Shown here in pieces: positions 28,433 through 39,147 of a stretch of DNA of 51,219 nt; position 1 is the stretch's first letter, and each line of letters opens with the position of its first letter. The notes below the pieces were generated by a model. The model searched no databases. It saw nothing but the letters and a program-made list of their open reading frames with translations, and was not told the DNA's origin. The position numbers were made by a program, and so were the translations under genes. The stretch is from positions 1 through 51,219 of the IMG/VR virus record IMGVR_UViG_3300019871_000003. One strand, given 5' to 3'. This DNA is from a virus (lineage: Duplodnaviria > Caudoviricetes).

Positions 28433-28849
28433 ATGAGTACGATAGCTGATTTCAACAGAAGGATTCAGGCGGTAGAAATAGAGCAGGTGATCAGGGTTAG
28501 TATAGATGAAACCAGCGAAGACGCAGCGCAATATAATAGGGACGATCTGTCAGAGGGGCTACTAGCAACATCAAACCCAATTGTCCCTGGATATTCGCCG
28601 GCATACGCAAAGAAAAAGGGCTTTTTAACCCCTGATTTATATGTGACAGGTGATTTTTACCGGGGAATATTCGCAAAGGTAAAAGACAAGACAATAGAAT
28701 TTGACAGCACGGACCCCAAAGCTGGGGCATTAAAGGCAAAATATGGCAAATTTATTTACGGCATCACACAGGAGTCAAAGTCTGCGTATGCTAAGGGCTC
28801 GCTCAGACCAGTCCTTAACAAAAATCTCAGAACCGCCATTGGTATATAA
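28433..28849 (+). CDS. Putative neck/tail completion protein
   Basis: YSPAYAKKKG..PDLYVTGDFY motif; position. Confidence 0.6.
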   Translation: MSTIADFNRRIQAVEIEQVIRVSIDETSEDAAQYNRDDLSEGLLATSNPIVPGYSPAYAKKKGFLTPDLYVTGDFYRGIFAKVKDKTIEFDSTDPKAGALKAKYGKFIYGITQESKSAYAKGSLRPVLNKNLRTAIGI

Positions 28850-29396
28850 ATCTGTGTATGAGTTGCCATTATACAACTTTATACAGATTTCATTAACTGG
28901 TGACACTGAAAAATGGGGTGTAATGCCTGATATATGGAATACCATTACTGAACAGTATGCTGAGTTGTCCGGCGATAAATCAATGGGCAGGGCATTTGTG
29001 TTAACCAGGCAAATCACATACCTGAAAAACCGCCTAAACATTATACAATTGGTTGTAAATCAATTATCAGTAACCCGAAATGAAGAACTAATTAAAATAC
29101 TACAGAACGATCTTGGTTTTAGGCTAAAATTCGATGACCTGCAAGGTGATTTGGTGCGTGTTGTTTCACTGGCAAAGCCGGATTTTGTAAAGCTAAAGCA
29201 GGCTGAAGCCCAATATAATGATCTTAAAAAAGATGAAAAAGCGGCAACAGAAGCAGATTGGGATGACGAGTTAACGCATTTGGGGAAGTTCCAGGCGTTT
29301 AAGATCGATAAAAAACAAACCACAGTAAGCGAATATCTATCCATAAAAAAAGCATTCAAGGCACACGTTGATTATATGAACCGTAATGGGAAATGA
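28743..29396 (+). CDS. Pre-tape-measure protein (start uncertain, possibly TTG at 28839)
   Basis: Helical ORF before the tape measure gene; 107-nt overlap with the upstream gene if the ATG is used. Confidence 0.6.
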   Translation: MANLFTASHRSQSLRMLRARSDQSLTKISEPPLVYKSVYELPLYNFIQISLTGDTEKWGVMPDIWNTITEQYAELSGDKSMGRAFVLTRQITYLKNRLNIIQLVVNQLSVTRNEELIKILQNDLGFRLKFDDLQGDLVRVVSLAKPDFVKLKQAEAQYNDLKKDEKAATEADWDDELTHLGKFQAFKIDKKQTTVSEYLSIKKAFKAHVDYMNRNGK

Positions 29397-32300
29397 AGAA
29401 ATAATTGATTCCGTTGTTGACCCTATAGCCATTAAGCAGTTTAATGACTTAAAAGCTGTTGCCGCTTCTGCTACAGAACAAATGGTAATTGCTACTAAGG
29501 CAGCTATCGCTTTAAATAATGCTACTGGTGGATCGCAATCATTTACTGTATTTAAGAAAAACGCCGATGCTGCTAATGACGCTGTTAATACCATTATAGT
29601 CAATTCCAACAAAGCACAGCAAGCGCAGGATAAAGCCAGAGCATATAAAGCTGATATGGACGAAAAAGCGATGAATAAATATCTCGTTTTATTGTCCAAA
29701 CAAGAGGCTTACCGTCAGGCACAGGATGATAAAGAAATTGCAGCAGCGAAAGTAAAGGCTGATAAGCTTGCTCAGATACAAGACCAGGTCGCAGCTAAAC
29801 AATCTGCAATAGATGCTAGAAAAGCAAATGCTAAATTCCAGCCAATAGACCCATCTAATCCACATAACCTAAGTAACCCATCTATAACCGAAGAGCCATC
29901 TCAGCCAGTAGTAAGACATGAACCTATTATTACTGGCAATGAGAATATGAGCCTATCGGCCAAAAATGCGACCGTATCCATTAAGGAAGAAACAGAAGCT
30001 TTAACAGAACAACAGCGTGTTTTAAATAGCGTTGCAGGAACATTTGAGCAAAATGTATCCCTTCAACTAACGCTACAGTCAGAGCTTGCAGCCGTTCGCG
30101 CTGAAATGAAGCTAACAACAGGTGATGATGCAAAAAGCATAGCTACTAAAGAAAGGTTGACAGCCGAAGAAATACGGCTTAAATCTGCTATACAGGCAAA
30201 TGGAACTACATTAAGGCAACAGGCCAAGGATCAACTAAATGCCGATGGCAGTGCAACACAGCTTAACGCAAGGTTGACACAGCTACGGGCAGCCTATGAT
30301 TCACTATCTGCAGCAGAGCAAAAGAACGTGGCTACGGGCGGGGTATTGCTTACTGAAATTAAAGCGTTGGACGCTGAAACAAAAAAACTTGCGGCTGATC
30401 AGGGAGTACATAATAAAGAGGTTGGAAATTATGGCAATGCAATTACAAAATCGGTGGGAGGAGCTTTTTCAGTACTTAGGAAAATAGCATATGTACTACC
30501 AGGAGTTGGATTAGCTGGATTAATTGGGTTTGCTGTTGATCCTATAATAGAGTATATAAGTAAACTGGACATTGTTAAAAAACTTTTAGAAACACTTACT
30601 ACTGCTCAAAAGGATTATTCTATCGCATTTCAGGATACCGGATATCAAAAAGCGATTTCCAATATAGCTGAACTGACCGAAAATATAACACTTGCTAAGG
30701 AAGGGTTTTTGGATAAAACAAAGGTTTTAAGAGAGTATAACACTGCGCTTGGAGCTTCAATAGGCTATGCAGATGATTTAGACCAGGCAGAAAGGAATAT
30801 AATCAGGAATGGGAAAGATTATATTCAGATAACGCTATTAAAGGCTGCAGCTCAAATAGCCTTGAACGATTCGGCTAAAAAGCTAGCAGAATCTGCTCAG
30901 GTTGCTGCTAAGCCGACCAATACGTTTGTATCAACAAAGAGCGAATCTTTACAGGCATTAAATCTATTAGCACAGGGTCGATTTACTAAACAGGTTGCAG
31001 CTGCTCAAAAGGAAGACCAGGATAAACAGGTTAAAGACTTAAAAGATTCCGCTGATTCGCAATTGAAGATATTTGATGATTTCCAAAAAAGGGCTGCTGA
31101 AATTGCGAAGAAAAATGGGCAAATAGACTTTTTTGATGGCACACAGGATGCTAAAGGATCAAAAGGTAAAAAACCAGATGATCATGCCAATACAGATTTG
31201 TTGGAGTATTACAGACTGCAATTAGAACAGGTTAAAAAAACCTCAAAAATAGTATTAGATGACGAGACGCAAAGCTACGAAGCAAGAAAGGCAGCGTTAA
31301 ATATATACCTTAAGTCAAGTGCAGACTTAGTAAAAAACGCACAAGATATTGCCTTGACCGACACTAACCTACGCGGGCAGCAACGTAAAAATATTGTGTT
31401 GAAATTTAACAATGAATTACTCGATGTTCAGCGCGATGGAATAAATGAAACTGAAAAATTACAAAACTCAGTCAGTGCAAAACTAAAAAAGAATCTCGAG
31501 GATATTTTAAAAGCCAATGAAGATGCTGAAAAGTTAGCGATAGAGGGATTAACCCAAAGCAGAGATGAGCAGGTATCATTAATACAGGATGCAGCAGATA
31601 AAGAACTTGCTATAGTAGCTGATAAGTATGCTAAAGGTAAGATCAATGAAAAGCAATATCAGAAAGAAATAACAGCTATTCAGGATCAGGCAAATATTGA
31701 CCGGTTGGGGCAAGAGGCTTTTTATGCACAATCGGTATTGGCGATCAAGGAAGCTGCTGAAAATAACGCGATAAACCAGAATGGGCCAAAAACGCCGGAA
31801 CAGATAGCTACTATAAAAGCACATAGCGGAGTTAGTGAGGCTAAAACAGCCGTTTCAAAAGCAGGGAATGCCTTACAGAAGGCTTTAAATGAGCAGACGC
31901 AACATGAGTCAAAGCCAGATAAAGACATATCAGATTTTGAAAAAAAGGCAGCTGAAGAAGCTATACAAGCTATTGACTTGGTTACAAAGGCCCGCGATGC
32001 AGCATATGAGCGCAATATAGAGCAATTGCAAAAACAATCAGACATGGTTGATGAAAATGCTAAGAATGAAATAAGCGCAGTAAACAGCTCCATTCTGTCA
32101 AGTGCAGATAAGCAGCGCAAAATAAATATTATTGATGCTCAGGCGGCCCAGCAAAAAGAAGCTTTATTGGCACGCGAGAATCAGTTAAAAACTAAGCAGG
32201 CAAAGGCAGACAAGGAGGCTAATATAGCAAAGCTAACTATACAAGGCGCATTGGCAGTAGTTACCGCTTTGACTGGGGGCCCAATATTAGGCGAGATACT

Positions 32301-32682
32301 AGCAATAGGCGCGGCTGCATTGGTAGCGACTGAATTAGCGATTGCCATTGCAACCCCATTGCCTAAATATGCAAAAGGTACAGGTAATCACCCAGGCGGC
32401 ATGTTCATATGGGGTGAAAAAGGTACAGAAATGGCAATAGAGCCAAGCGGTAAAACTTATATGTCACCCGACCATGCGTCTTTAGGTATGGCACCGGCAG
32501 GGACAAAGATCATACCTAACCATATGATCAGGCCCGATAAGTTAAACTATTCAGGAGGCCAGCAAGTGCCATGGAAAGAAGTAATATCTGCTATAAACAA
32601 AAGTAAGCCGGAGCCACAAAAGAGGCCAAATGTTAAGGTCACTGTAAATAATGATTCATACTACCAAAAGTTTTATAGGTAA
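29386..32682 (+). CDS. Tail tape measure protein
   Basis: 1098 aa, Ala/Lys/Gln coiled-coil, two hydrophobic segments, LPKYAKGT..GEKGTE C-terminal motif. Confidence 0.9.
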   Translation: MGNEEIIDSVVDPIAIKQFNDLKAVAASATEQMVIATKAAIALNNATGGSQSFTVFKKNADAANDAVNTIIVNSNKAQQAQDKARAYKADMDEKAMNKYLVLLSKQEAYRQAQDDKEIAAAKVKADKLAQIQDQVAAKQSAIDARKANAKFQPIDPSNPHNLSNPSITEEPSQPVVRHEPIITGNENMSLSAKNATVSIKEETEALTEQQRVLNSVAGTFEQNVSLQLTLQSELAAVRAEMKLTTGDDAKSIATKERLTAEEIRLKSAIQANGTTLRQQAKDQLNADGSATQLNARLTQLRAAYDSLSAAEQKNVATGGVLLTEIKALDAETKKLAADQGVHNKEVGNYGNAITKSVGGAFSVLRKIAYVLPGVGLAGLIGFAVDPIIEYISKLDIVKKLLETLTTAQKDYSIAFQDTGYQKAISNIAELTENITLAKEGFLDKTKVLREYNTALGASIGYADDLDQAERNIIRNGKDYIQITLLKAAAQIALNDSAKKLAESAQVAAKPTNTFVSTKSESLQALNLLAQGRFTKQVAAAQKEDQDKQVKDLKDSADSQLKIFDDFQKRAAEIAKKNGQIDFFDGTQDAKGSKGKKPDDHANTDLLEYYRLQLEQVKKTSKIVLDDETQSYEARKAALNIYLKSSADLVKNAQDIALTDTNLRGQQRKNIVLKFNNELLDVQRDGINETEKLQNSVSAKLKKNLEDILKANEDAEKLAIEGLTQSRDEQVSLIQDAADKELAIVADKYAKGKINEKQYQKEITAIQDQANIDRLGQEAFYAQSVLAIKEAAENNAINQNGPKTPEQIATIKAHSGVSEAKTAVSKAGNALQKALNEQTQHESKPDKDISDFEKKAAEEAIQAIDLVTKARDAAYERNIEQLQKQSDMVDENAKNEISAVNSSILSSADKQRKINIIDAQAAQQKEALLARENQLKTKQAKADKEANIAKLTIQGALAVVTALTGGPILGEILAIGAAALVATELAIAIATPLPKYAKGTGNHPGGMFIWGEKGTEMAIEPSGKTYMSPDHASLGMAPAGTKIIPNHMIRPDKLNYSGGQQVPWKEVISAINKSKPEPQKRPNVKVTVNNDSYYQKFYR

Positions 32683-35099
32683 TGTCGCAACTATCATTCA
32701 AACGTTTCAAATGGTTTCTTAACCCGCGTGGTACTGGTGATGTTGAGTTAGAAAACTCACCTGACGGGTGGATGGATACTAATATCACTTATACCAGGTC
32801 GCAAAAGTATTCAGGTTTACTGCGTTCGTTCACCATACCGTTAAAGTTAGTTAGGCAAGGGGCGTTCATAGCCAGGTTAGAGTTTTATGTTCATATACTT
32901 ACCTCAAACGTGACATTCACAGTCACGCGGCTTGTTGATGGTATTACCAACTACAAAACGATGTTCACTGGCAAACTTGATTTCTCAAAGGCGGTTGATA
33001 ATCTCACAACTTTTGATGTTCCTGCAATACCGAATGATTTTAGCGTCAATATAGACGCTTATGATGGTGTGCAATATGCTATTCCATTAAATGTAGATAA
33101 TGCGATTAACCTGGAGCTTACACCAATAACTTTAGATGAAATCGCCAATCTATTACCCGGTCTACCATCAGACGGCAACAGGCATTCGGATTACTTTCCC
33201 CCTATACAGGTTGTCAATAATCAGCAGAATAGTATTAATACCTCTGTAAAAACGGTGCCTTATGGACAGTTGCGTAATCCTGATTTTTCAACTTTTGATA
33301 ACTGGTTCTATAAATGCAGGATTTCAGGTAAATTATTAATATCTGGTAGTCTTAGCCTTACTATTTTCGACGGAGGCGGCGGCCATCATTTACAACTGGC
33401 AATATTTAACCAGACCGGAGCCATTGTTTACGCTTTTTATGATGATACGCCCTCATCGGAGACAACCATTAATGTAAATGTAAACATAGCGTTAACCGTA
33501 ACTGTTGGCGATCGTTTGTTTTTATACATGAGGCAGGTTGATTCTGAGACAAGCAATACCGGCATTCAAATAAACGGCGGTGAGATTGATTTGTCTTATA
33601 AAACCATTACGCCAGCTTCAATGTGTAAGGCATTACGAGGGCATAATCTGTTCGCAGCAATCTTACAAGCGATGAACGTAAATAATGATTCAGCGCCTAA
33701 TCTTCCTGTTCCTAATCAATCATTTTTACTCGATAAGATGAAGCAGGTAGTTTATACAAGTGCGGATTCTATAAGAGCGGCAACGGGTAGTATTTACAGG
33801 GAAACTGACCCTTTAGCCCCCGGCATATTCACGGTATTATCGGGAACTGCGAACTACGATAGCGGCGTTTTTACAATAGGCGAAAAGTTTACTTATGTTA
33901 ATGGTGTAGAAAACTTTATGGGTGACGGTGTGGTACAAAAGACCGCAAGTATAGCGGTAGGGTCTGTTTATAATGCGGGTGATCCATTGCAGCCAGGTGG
34001 CGTTTATTTAGTTCATGGACCTGACGGTGAGTCTGCTAATTATAATGGGGTCACTGTGCCTGTGGGTGATGAATTTAAATTTGTCTTAGGGCAAAGTTCG
34101 TTTACTGGCAGTACTGATTCTGTTTTCGTTACGCAGATATCAGAAGATCCGCAAATAATTATTTCATTGTCGGACTTCTTTCAAGATGTTTTGTCTCAGC
34201 AAGGTGGCCAGGCGGCATTAGGTGTTGAAAATGGTAAAGTGTTCCTGGAAGATTTAAACTATGTATATCGTAAAGGAATCAATAATGTGTCGTTGGGATT
34301 GGTAGATAACACCACTAAGTTTGAGCCGGCTATTGATTTGATGTATAACTCTATAAAGGCTGGGTACAATGATCCGCAGTTAGATTCAATAAACGCCTTT
34401 AAAGAGGTTAATTCTACTCAAAACTACACTACAGTCTTATTAAACCCTCAAAAAGAGCTTAATTTAATATCTCCGTTTTCCGCTGCGCCATATTATATTG
34501 AGTGCATAAGAATCACTCAAAATGATTCTGTTGCCAGCAGATCAAATAATGACACGATAAAGGTTTATATCAAAGACGGACCTGAACCTGCCATAGGTGG
34601 CACTGGTATTTTCGCCGGGTTTAAATACTGGCATCCATTGCGTACAGAGGGGTATATATCATTAACAGGGGTCGATTCATCATATTATAATTATTTATTA
34701 AGCCCTAAACAATGCCTGTTACGTGGCGGCGCTTACCTGTCAAGTATATTTTACAACATGAAAGGTTTCCACATCAACATGACTTCTGCTTTAAAGAACA
34801 GCAGCATGGTGTACGTGGGTTTGGATGGTAAACGGGTTGCAGAAAGCGATCCTATATCTATTTCGGATTTACCAGCACCATTATTTTGCCCGATTTATGC
34901 CACTGTTGTACCCGGACTAAGTAATAATGTACTGGATATGATCGATTCAACCCCGTACGCCGATCTGAACTTTGACTTTAATGGTGTGAATACAAAAGCA
35001 TTTATAAATAAGTTTTCAGTACAGGTAGGCAACGACAAACCAACGGAGACAAAATTATTATTAACGCCTGATAATGATTTGACTAAAATGATAAGATAA
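32682..35099 (+). CDS. Tail tip/baseplate protein
   Basis: 805 aa beta-rich, TAATG-coupled to the tape measure gene. Confidence 0.7.
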   Translation: MSQLSFKRFKWFLNPRGTGDVELENSPDGWMDTNITYTRSQKYSGLLRSFTIPLKLVRQGAFIARLEFYVHILTSNVTFTVTRLVDGITNYKTMFTGKLDFSKAVDNLTTFDVPAIPNDFSVNIDAYDGVQYAIPLNVDNAINLELTPITLDEIANLLPGLPSDGNRHSDYFPPIQVVNNQQNSINTSVKTVPYGQLRNPDFSTFDNWFYKCRISGKLLISGSLSLTIFDGGGGHHLQLAIFNQTGAIVYAFYDDTPSSETTINVNVNIALTVTVGDRLFLYMRQVDSETSNTGIQINGGEIDLSYKTITPASMCKALRGHNLFAAILQAMNVNNDSAPNLPVPNQSFLLDKMKQVVYTSADSIRAATGSIYRETDPLAPGIFTVLSGTANYDSGVFTIGEKFTYVNGVENFMGDGVVQKTASIAVGSVYNAGDPLQPGGVYLVHGPDGESANYNGVTVPVGDEFKFVLGQSSFTGSTDSVFVTQISEDPQIIISLSDFFQDVLSQQGGQAALGVENGKVFLEDLNYVYRKGINNVSLGLVDNTTKFEPAIDLMYNSIKAGYNDPQLDSINAFKEVNSTQNYTTVLLNPQKELNLISPFSAAPYYIECIRITQNDSVASRSNNDTIKVYIKDGPEPAIGGTGIFAGFKYWHPLRTEGYISLTGVDSSYYNYLLSPKQCLLRGGAYLSSIFYNMKGFHINMTSALKNSSMVYVGLDGKRVAESDPISISDLPAPLFCPIYATVVPGLSNNVLDMIDSTPYADLNFDFNGVNTKAFINKFSVQVGNDKPTETKLLLTPDNDLTKMIR

Positions 35100-35111
35100 A
35101 TCGTATATTTA

Positions 35112-35127
35112 GTCAACTGTAGTTTAC
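35112..35127. promoter_or_regulatory. Copy of the late-module palindrome (GTCAACTGTAGTTTAC)
   Basis: Exact reverse complement of the copy at 41068. Confidence 0.55.
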
Positions 35128-35144
35128 TAAGTTTACAATACAAA

Positions 35145-35309
35145 ATGAAGCATTGTTTATGTATCTGTGGCGCTATAAAAGGTATTTGTTTATGCCATAA
35201 GCCGGAAAAAACATGCGAGCAAAATGCTGATTTAAAAGAGATTAAAGAAATAAGTAGTAAAAATTTGGCAAAGATAAAACCAAATATTGCGCTACCGATA
35301 AATAAATAG
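35145..35309 (+). CDS. Cys-rich microprotein (54 aa)
   Basis: MKHCLCICGAIKGICLCHKPEKTC...; stop abuts the next ATG. Confidence 0.5.
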   Translation: MKHCLCICGAIKGICLCHKPEKTCEQNADLKEIKEISSKNLAKIKPNIALPINK

Positions 35310-37025
35310 ATGGCAACAACTGTATTCCAGATAACACCATATTCATCATTTAATCTGATGCGTGACGGCTTTACCATCGACGACAGGTATCACACTGTGC
35401 CGTTCGCTGATAGGCAAGACCCGACTAATTACTTTCAGAAGATTCAAAAAGATGATAATAATTTCAGGGTGCAAGTATTATCTGATTTTACGCCAACACT
35501 AAGGCTTTATGACTGCAGCGATGTATTTATTAAGAATGTGCCATTTGTCAGCCGTGTAATTTTAAATGCTTCATTCCTGGTATATGATGCTGTGCCGGAC
35601 TTTTCAGATGTTAGCGAGGGTGCTTATTATCTTAAGCTTACCTATACTGATGAAAGCGATACCGTGCAAACATATAGGACATTTATGCTTAACGTGGCAG
35701 AAGATTGGCCCGAAACTTTGCTTTTAGAATACACGAATACTTTTAATGATAAAGGAGTACTATTTGTTAATGATGATAATTCATTAATGGTATTTGGCTT
35801 CAGGATAGAATCAAGCTTTGACGAGTACCAGCCACTAAGCGCCGACATAGATTATATCGATCAGGTATATGATACTGAAGTACTGAACAACACGCCTTAT
35901 GATAATGAAAAGCTTTATATAGGAACTGACCAGGTAACAGGCGGGGCGCCTGATTGGGCTATCAAAAAGATGAACCTGATTTTTACCCTGAATAAGGTAG
36001 CTATTGATAATCAGTTTTACAACCGGGTTGAGGGCAGCAAGTTCACACCACAAAGGCCGGATCATGGGGTATTGATAGACGGACTAAATGTAAGGCCGAC
36101 CTATTGGAGCATCGATATTATCCCTAATCAGAATTTCAATTTACAGCAATTTCAAACGGGCGTAATCCCAACAGGAGATATAATTGTGATAAAAAAAGCC
36201 AAAATATACGATAGCATCGCGGCAGATTTTACGGCTACGGGGCTTTTTACAGTTAATTCAAACCTGATCAGGCTTGCTGTAACCAACAAAAACTTTGATG
36301 TTTTTACAATAAAGCTGGGCACAACTGCCGGAGATGATGATATAGCAAACATTGAAATAGTAAACAATCCCGAAACCGGCACGCCTGATTTAACAGGATC
36401 ATATGATATAGGGCATACTTTTACTGTGCCTACAGATGTATTTGTTTCAGGGATAGACGGTACAAACTTAAAGATCACATTCGATTGGAACCAATATGAT
36501 GCACCTGCAATAACACCTGTAACACCCGGTGGTGGAGTGCCAAAAGGAACAGTTACAGTGTATGAAGAGCCTACGCCAGGTGATTTTGTTTTGGATTGGG
36601 ATATAGGCACAGGGTTAGGTTTACGTGCGTGGGTTGGATGGTGTTTGTCAGGCACAAACGGGACAAAAGACAGGGCAGGTAAATATTCACAGGGTTGGAA
36701 TAAAGATGAAGTAGGACCTTCAACGCGTGGAACTGAAACTGGTAACGCAAATAACCTTGCAACTATTGAGCGGTCTAATTTGCCAGCAGTTGGAATTCAC
36801 TTATTTGATGATGCTGTAAATAACACAGCCGGGGATACGATCACGCCAACATCTAATGTTGCGCGAAATAGATCGGCGGGTGGCTCAAGTAATTACGACA
36901 TGCTTAAAGGTCGTCCCGGAGTTGAGCCAGGTATGGGGTTGTCAGAAAAATTAGGTGACGGCGATCCTATTTCAATAGAGCCAGATTCATTGATTGATGT
37001 ATGGGTAGTTAAAATTACAGACTAA
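35310..37025 (+). CDS. Minor tail protein with C-terminal collar-like domain
   Basis: VPKGTV...GW.L..GTNGT.D..GK collar-like pattern. Confidence 0.7.
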   Translation: MATTVFQITPYSSFNLMRDGFTIDDRYHTVPFADRQDPTNYFQKIQKDDNNFRVQVLSDFTPTLRLYDCSDVFIKNVPFVSRVILNASFLVYDAVPDFSDVSEGAYYLKLTYTDESDTVQTYRTFMLNVAEDWPETLLLEYTNTFNDKGVLFVNDDNSLMVFGFRIESSFDEYQPLSADIDYIDQVYDTEVLNNTPYDNEKLYIGTDQVTGGAPDWAIKKMNLIFTLNKVAIDNQFYNRVEGSKFTPQRPDHGVLIDGLNVRPTYWSIDIIPNQNFNLQQFQTGVIPTGDIIVIKKAKIYDSIAADFTATGLFTVNSNLIRLAVTNKNFDVFTIKLGTTAGDDDIANIEIVNNPETGTPDLTGSYDIGHTFTVPTDVFVSGIDGTNLKITFDWNQYDAPAITPVTPGGGVPKGTVTVYEEPTPGDFVLDWDIGTGLGLRAWVGWCLSGTNGTKDRAGKYSQGWNKDEVGPSTRGTETGNANNLATIERSNLPAVGIHLFDDAVNNTAGDTITPTSNVARNRSAGGSSNYDMLKGRPGVEPGMGLSEKLGDGDPISIEPDSLIDVWVVKITD

Positions 37026-37483
37026 TGGCTTGGAAAGGAATATTAACCGACGGTATAAAAGCCAAACTTAGTGGTGGAATGATTGGTCATGAAAGCATAT
37101 CTACCTATGTGCCATTTTTGGGGCTGTTGGATTTTACATCCGATGACGATATTCCCAATTTAAGGGCAGTTAAATCATTGGTATTTACCCCACCATCTGA
37201 AACAATAAAGTTTGCTGCCGGCAGTGCGTTATCCGCAGGTATAATAGACATGACACTAGGTACGCGTGATTTATTCGGCCTGTATCCAACGATAATAAGA
37301 GAAATTAATAAAGTAGTTGACGGGGTAACGGATGATACCATTTTGCAGCCAGCTGACGATATAACCTATTACAAACAGTATACAGATAACACGTACGCAG
37401 TGCTTAACACAATTCAAATAAACGGGCATGATGACGGCTCAGGAAATTTTGCAGAAGATACATATATAACATTAAAGGCATAA
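37025..37483 (+). CDS. Hypothetical tail-module protein
   Basis: 152 aa, TAATG-coupled on both sides. Confidence 0.6.
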   Translation: MAWKGILTDGIKAKLSGGMIGHESISTYVPFLGLLDFTSDDDIPNLRAVKSLVFTPPSETIKFAAGSALSAGIIDMTLGTRDLFGLYPTIIREINKVVDGVTDDTILQPADDITYYKQYTDNTYAVLNTIQINGHDDGSGNFAEDTYITLKA

Positions 37484-38994
37484 TGAGAAAACTACTTATT
37501 ATAATATTATTATTCGTATCAGGAGCTTCATTTGCTCAGGTATCAACTGTTACACTACAGGTTAAAGGCGGCAATGGAGTTAATTACATGCCTATCACAT
37601 GGACGGGTAAAACAAGCCCCGACACGTTAGGAAACTTAAAGTATAATCGTGCAAATTACTTGCAACTTAGAAACTTCATAGATAGCCTGAACGCTCATGC
37701 AAGTTTCTTTTCAAATGACTTTATAGATCCTGGAACATCTACACATCCTATAAGGTTATCAACTGATACCATAGGAACAGGGCCTTTCATAGTAAGAGGT
37801 ACTACTGGTTTAAGGAAAGATACTAATCATTATGTAACTACAGGTACAACTTTAAAGAACATCTATAATGTTAACGGAAGCCTGACATCCAACCGGACAG
37901 TCAATCTAAATGGCTTTACTTTAGGATTTTCCGGCAATATTAATGTAAATGGCGCTACGTTAGGACGGGGCGCTGGTGCGGATACTTCAAGCTTTGGGTA
38001 TAATGCTTTTAGTGCTTCAGGTTATCCGGCAGGAAAATTTAATGTTTATTTTGGGGGTAGGGTATTGCAATCAAATACTACCGGAACACAAAATACAGGA
38101 ATTGGTATCAGTGCTTTGGCAGCTAATACAACAGGAGGATTAAATGTAGCGGTAGGAACATCTGCATTAACCTCTAATATTGGTGGAAGCAGCAATGTCG
38201 CTATAGGTGTAGGTTCATTAACTTCAAATACTACCGGGACATTTAATGTAGCGGTTGGGAGAAATGCTTTGAATGCAGCCACAACAGCAAGTTTCAATAA
38301 TGCATTTGGTTTTAATGCATTGGAACTAACTACAACAGGCATTCGAAATAATGCATTTGGTTCAAGTAGTCTCTTTAAAAATACAACTGGTCATAATAAC
38401 ACAGGCTTTGGGGACTCTACACTATTGAGTGTAGTTACAGGAATTAACAATACGGCACTTGGCAGTAGAGCCGGGGCGACGACTACAGGGAGTGGGAATC
38501 TTTTCTTAGGATACAATGCTGGACTTAATGAAACAGGAAGTAATAAATTATATATCGCAAATAGCCCTACTTCCACTCCGCTAATAAAGGGCGATTTCTC
38601 TGCTGAAAACCTACAAATATTCGGAACCCTACAATCATGGACGCCGACCGGAACACCTGGAGCAGATAGCTTGGTAGTAAAACATGCAGGTTTATTTTAC
38701 GCCATCGCTCCTACCACTGTAATCATATCGGCCCAAACCGTTGTGAATGGAAGCACAAGTGGTACGGCTACTTACTCAGAACCCTTTCAGGATAGCGGCT
38801 ATAAAAAAGTAATAGTTTATTGCAGTTCTTTATCAGGAACTGCAACCTATACTTTCCCTGTAGCATTCACTAACACACCGGTTGTTATTACAACAAGTGG
38901 CCCAGCGTCTAGTGTAGTTACTTCATTGAGTACCACCGCAATTACAATTACAGGTGCCACTACAACAGGCAATGTTATAATAGAAGGATTTTAA
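37483..38994 (+). CDS. Signal-peptide-bearing fibre/adhesin with N.A.G..AL..NTTG repeats
   Basis: MRKLLIIILLFVSGASFA/Q; ~14-aa YadA-head-like repeats; FPVAFTNTPVV fibre-tip-like C-terminus. Confidence 0.75.
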   Translation: MRKLLIIILLFVSGASFAQVSTVTLQVKGGNGVNYMPITWTGKTSPDTLGNLKYNRANYLQLRNFIDSLNAHASFFSNDFIDPGTSTHPIRLSTDTIGTGPFIVRGTTGLRKDTNHYVTTGTTLKNIYNVNGSLTSNRTVNLNGFTLGFSGNINVNGATLGRGAGADTSSFGYNAFSASGYPAGKFNVYFGGRVLQSNTTGTQNTGIGISALAANTTGGLNVAVGTSALTSNIGGSSNVAIGVGSLTSNTTGTFNVAVGRNALNAATTASFNNAFGFNALELTTTGIRNNAFGSSSLFKNTTGHNNTGFGDSTLLSVVTGINNTALGSRAGATTTGSGNLFLGYNAGLNETGSNKLYIANSPTSTPLIKGDFSAENLQIFGTLQSWTPTGTPGADSLVVKHAGLFYAIAPTTVIISAQTVVNGSTSGTATYSEPFQDSGYKKVIVYCSSLSGTATYTFPVAFTNTPVVITTSGPASSVVTSLSTTAITITGATTTGNVIIEGF

Positions 38995-38996
38995 GA

Positions 38997-39116
38997 TGAG
39001 ACTACCACTGTTTATCTATCCAGTCCCGATCATAATCGCCCTTACGTGGTTTGGATTCAAACATGCTGTTAAGGATACGCTTGATGAATTTTATAAATTT
39101 CTTAAGCATAAGTAAG
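38997..39116 (+). CDS. Small single-TM protein (39 aa)
   Basis: MRLPLFIYPVPIIIALTWFGFKHAVKDTLDEFYKFLKHK. Confidence 0.4.
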
Positions 39117-39147
39117 GTTTAATTGGTAACGAAATTAAAAAATAAAA

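Noticed and set aside
28183-28433. Classical G/GT tail-chaperone -1 frameshift
   Set aside because: A terminator follows the 55-aa ORF, and I could not support a slippery site joining it to a downstream frame
18794-38576. Many minus-strand ORFs in the structural region (e.g. 22646-23071, 31722-32120, 34895-35377, 36152-36655)
   Set aside because: Antisense shadows of long plus-strand genes with no independent motifs
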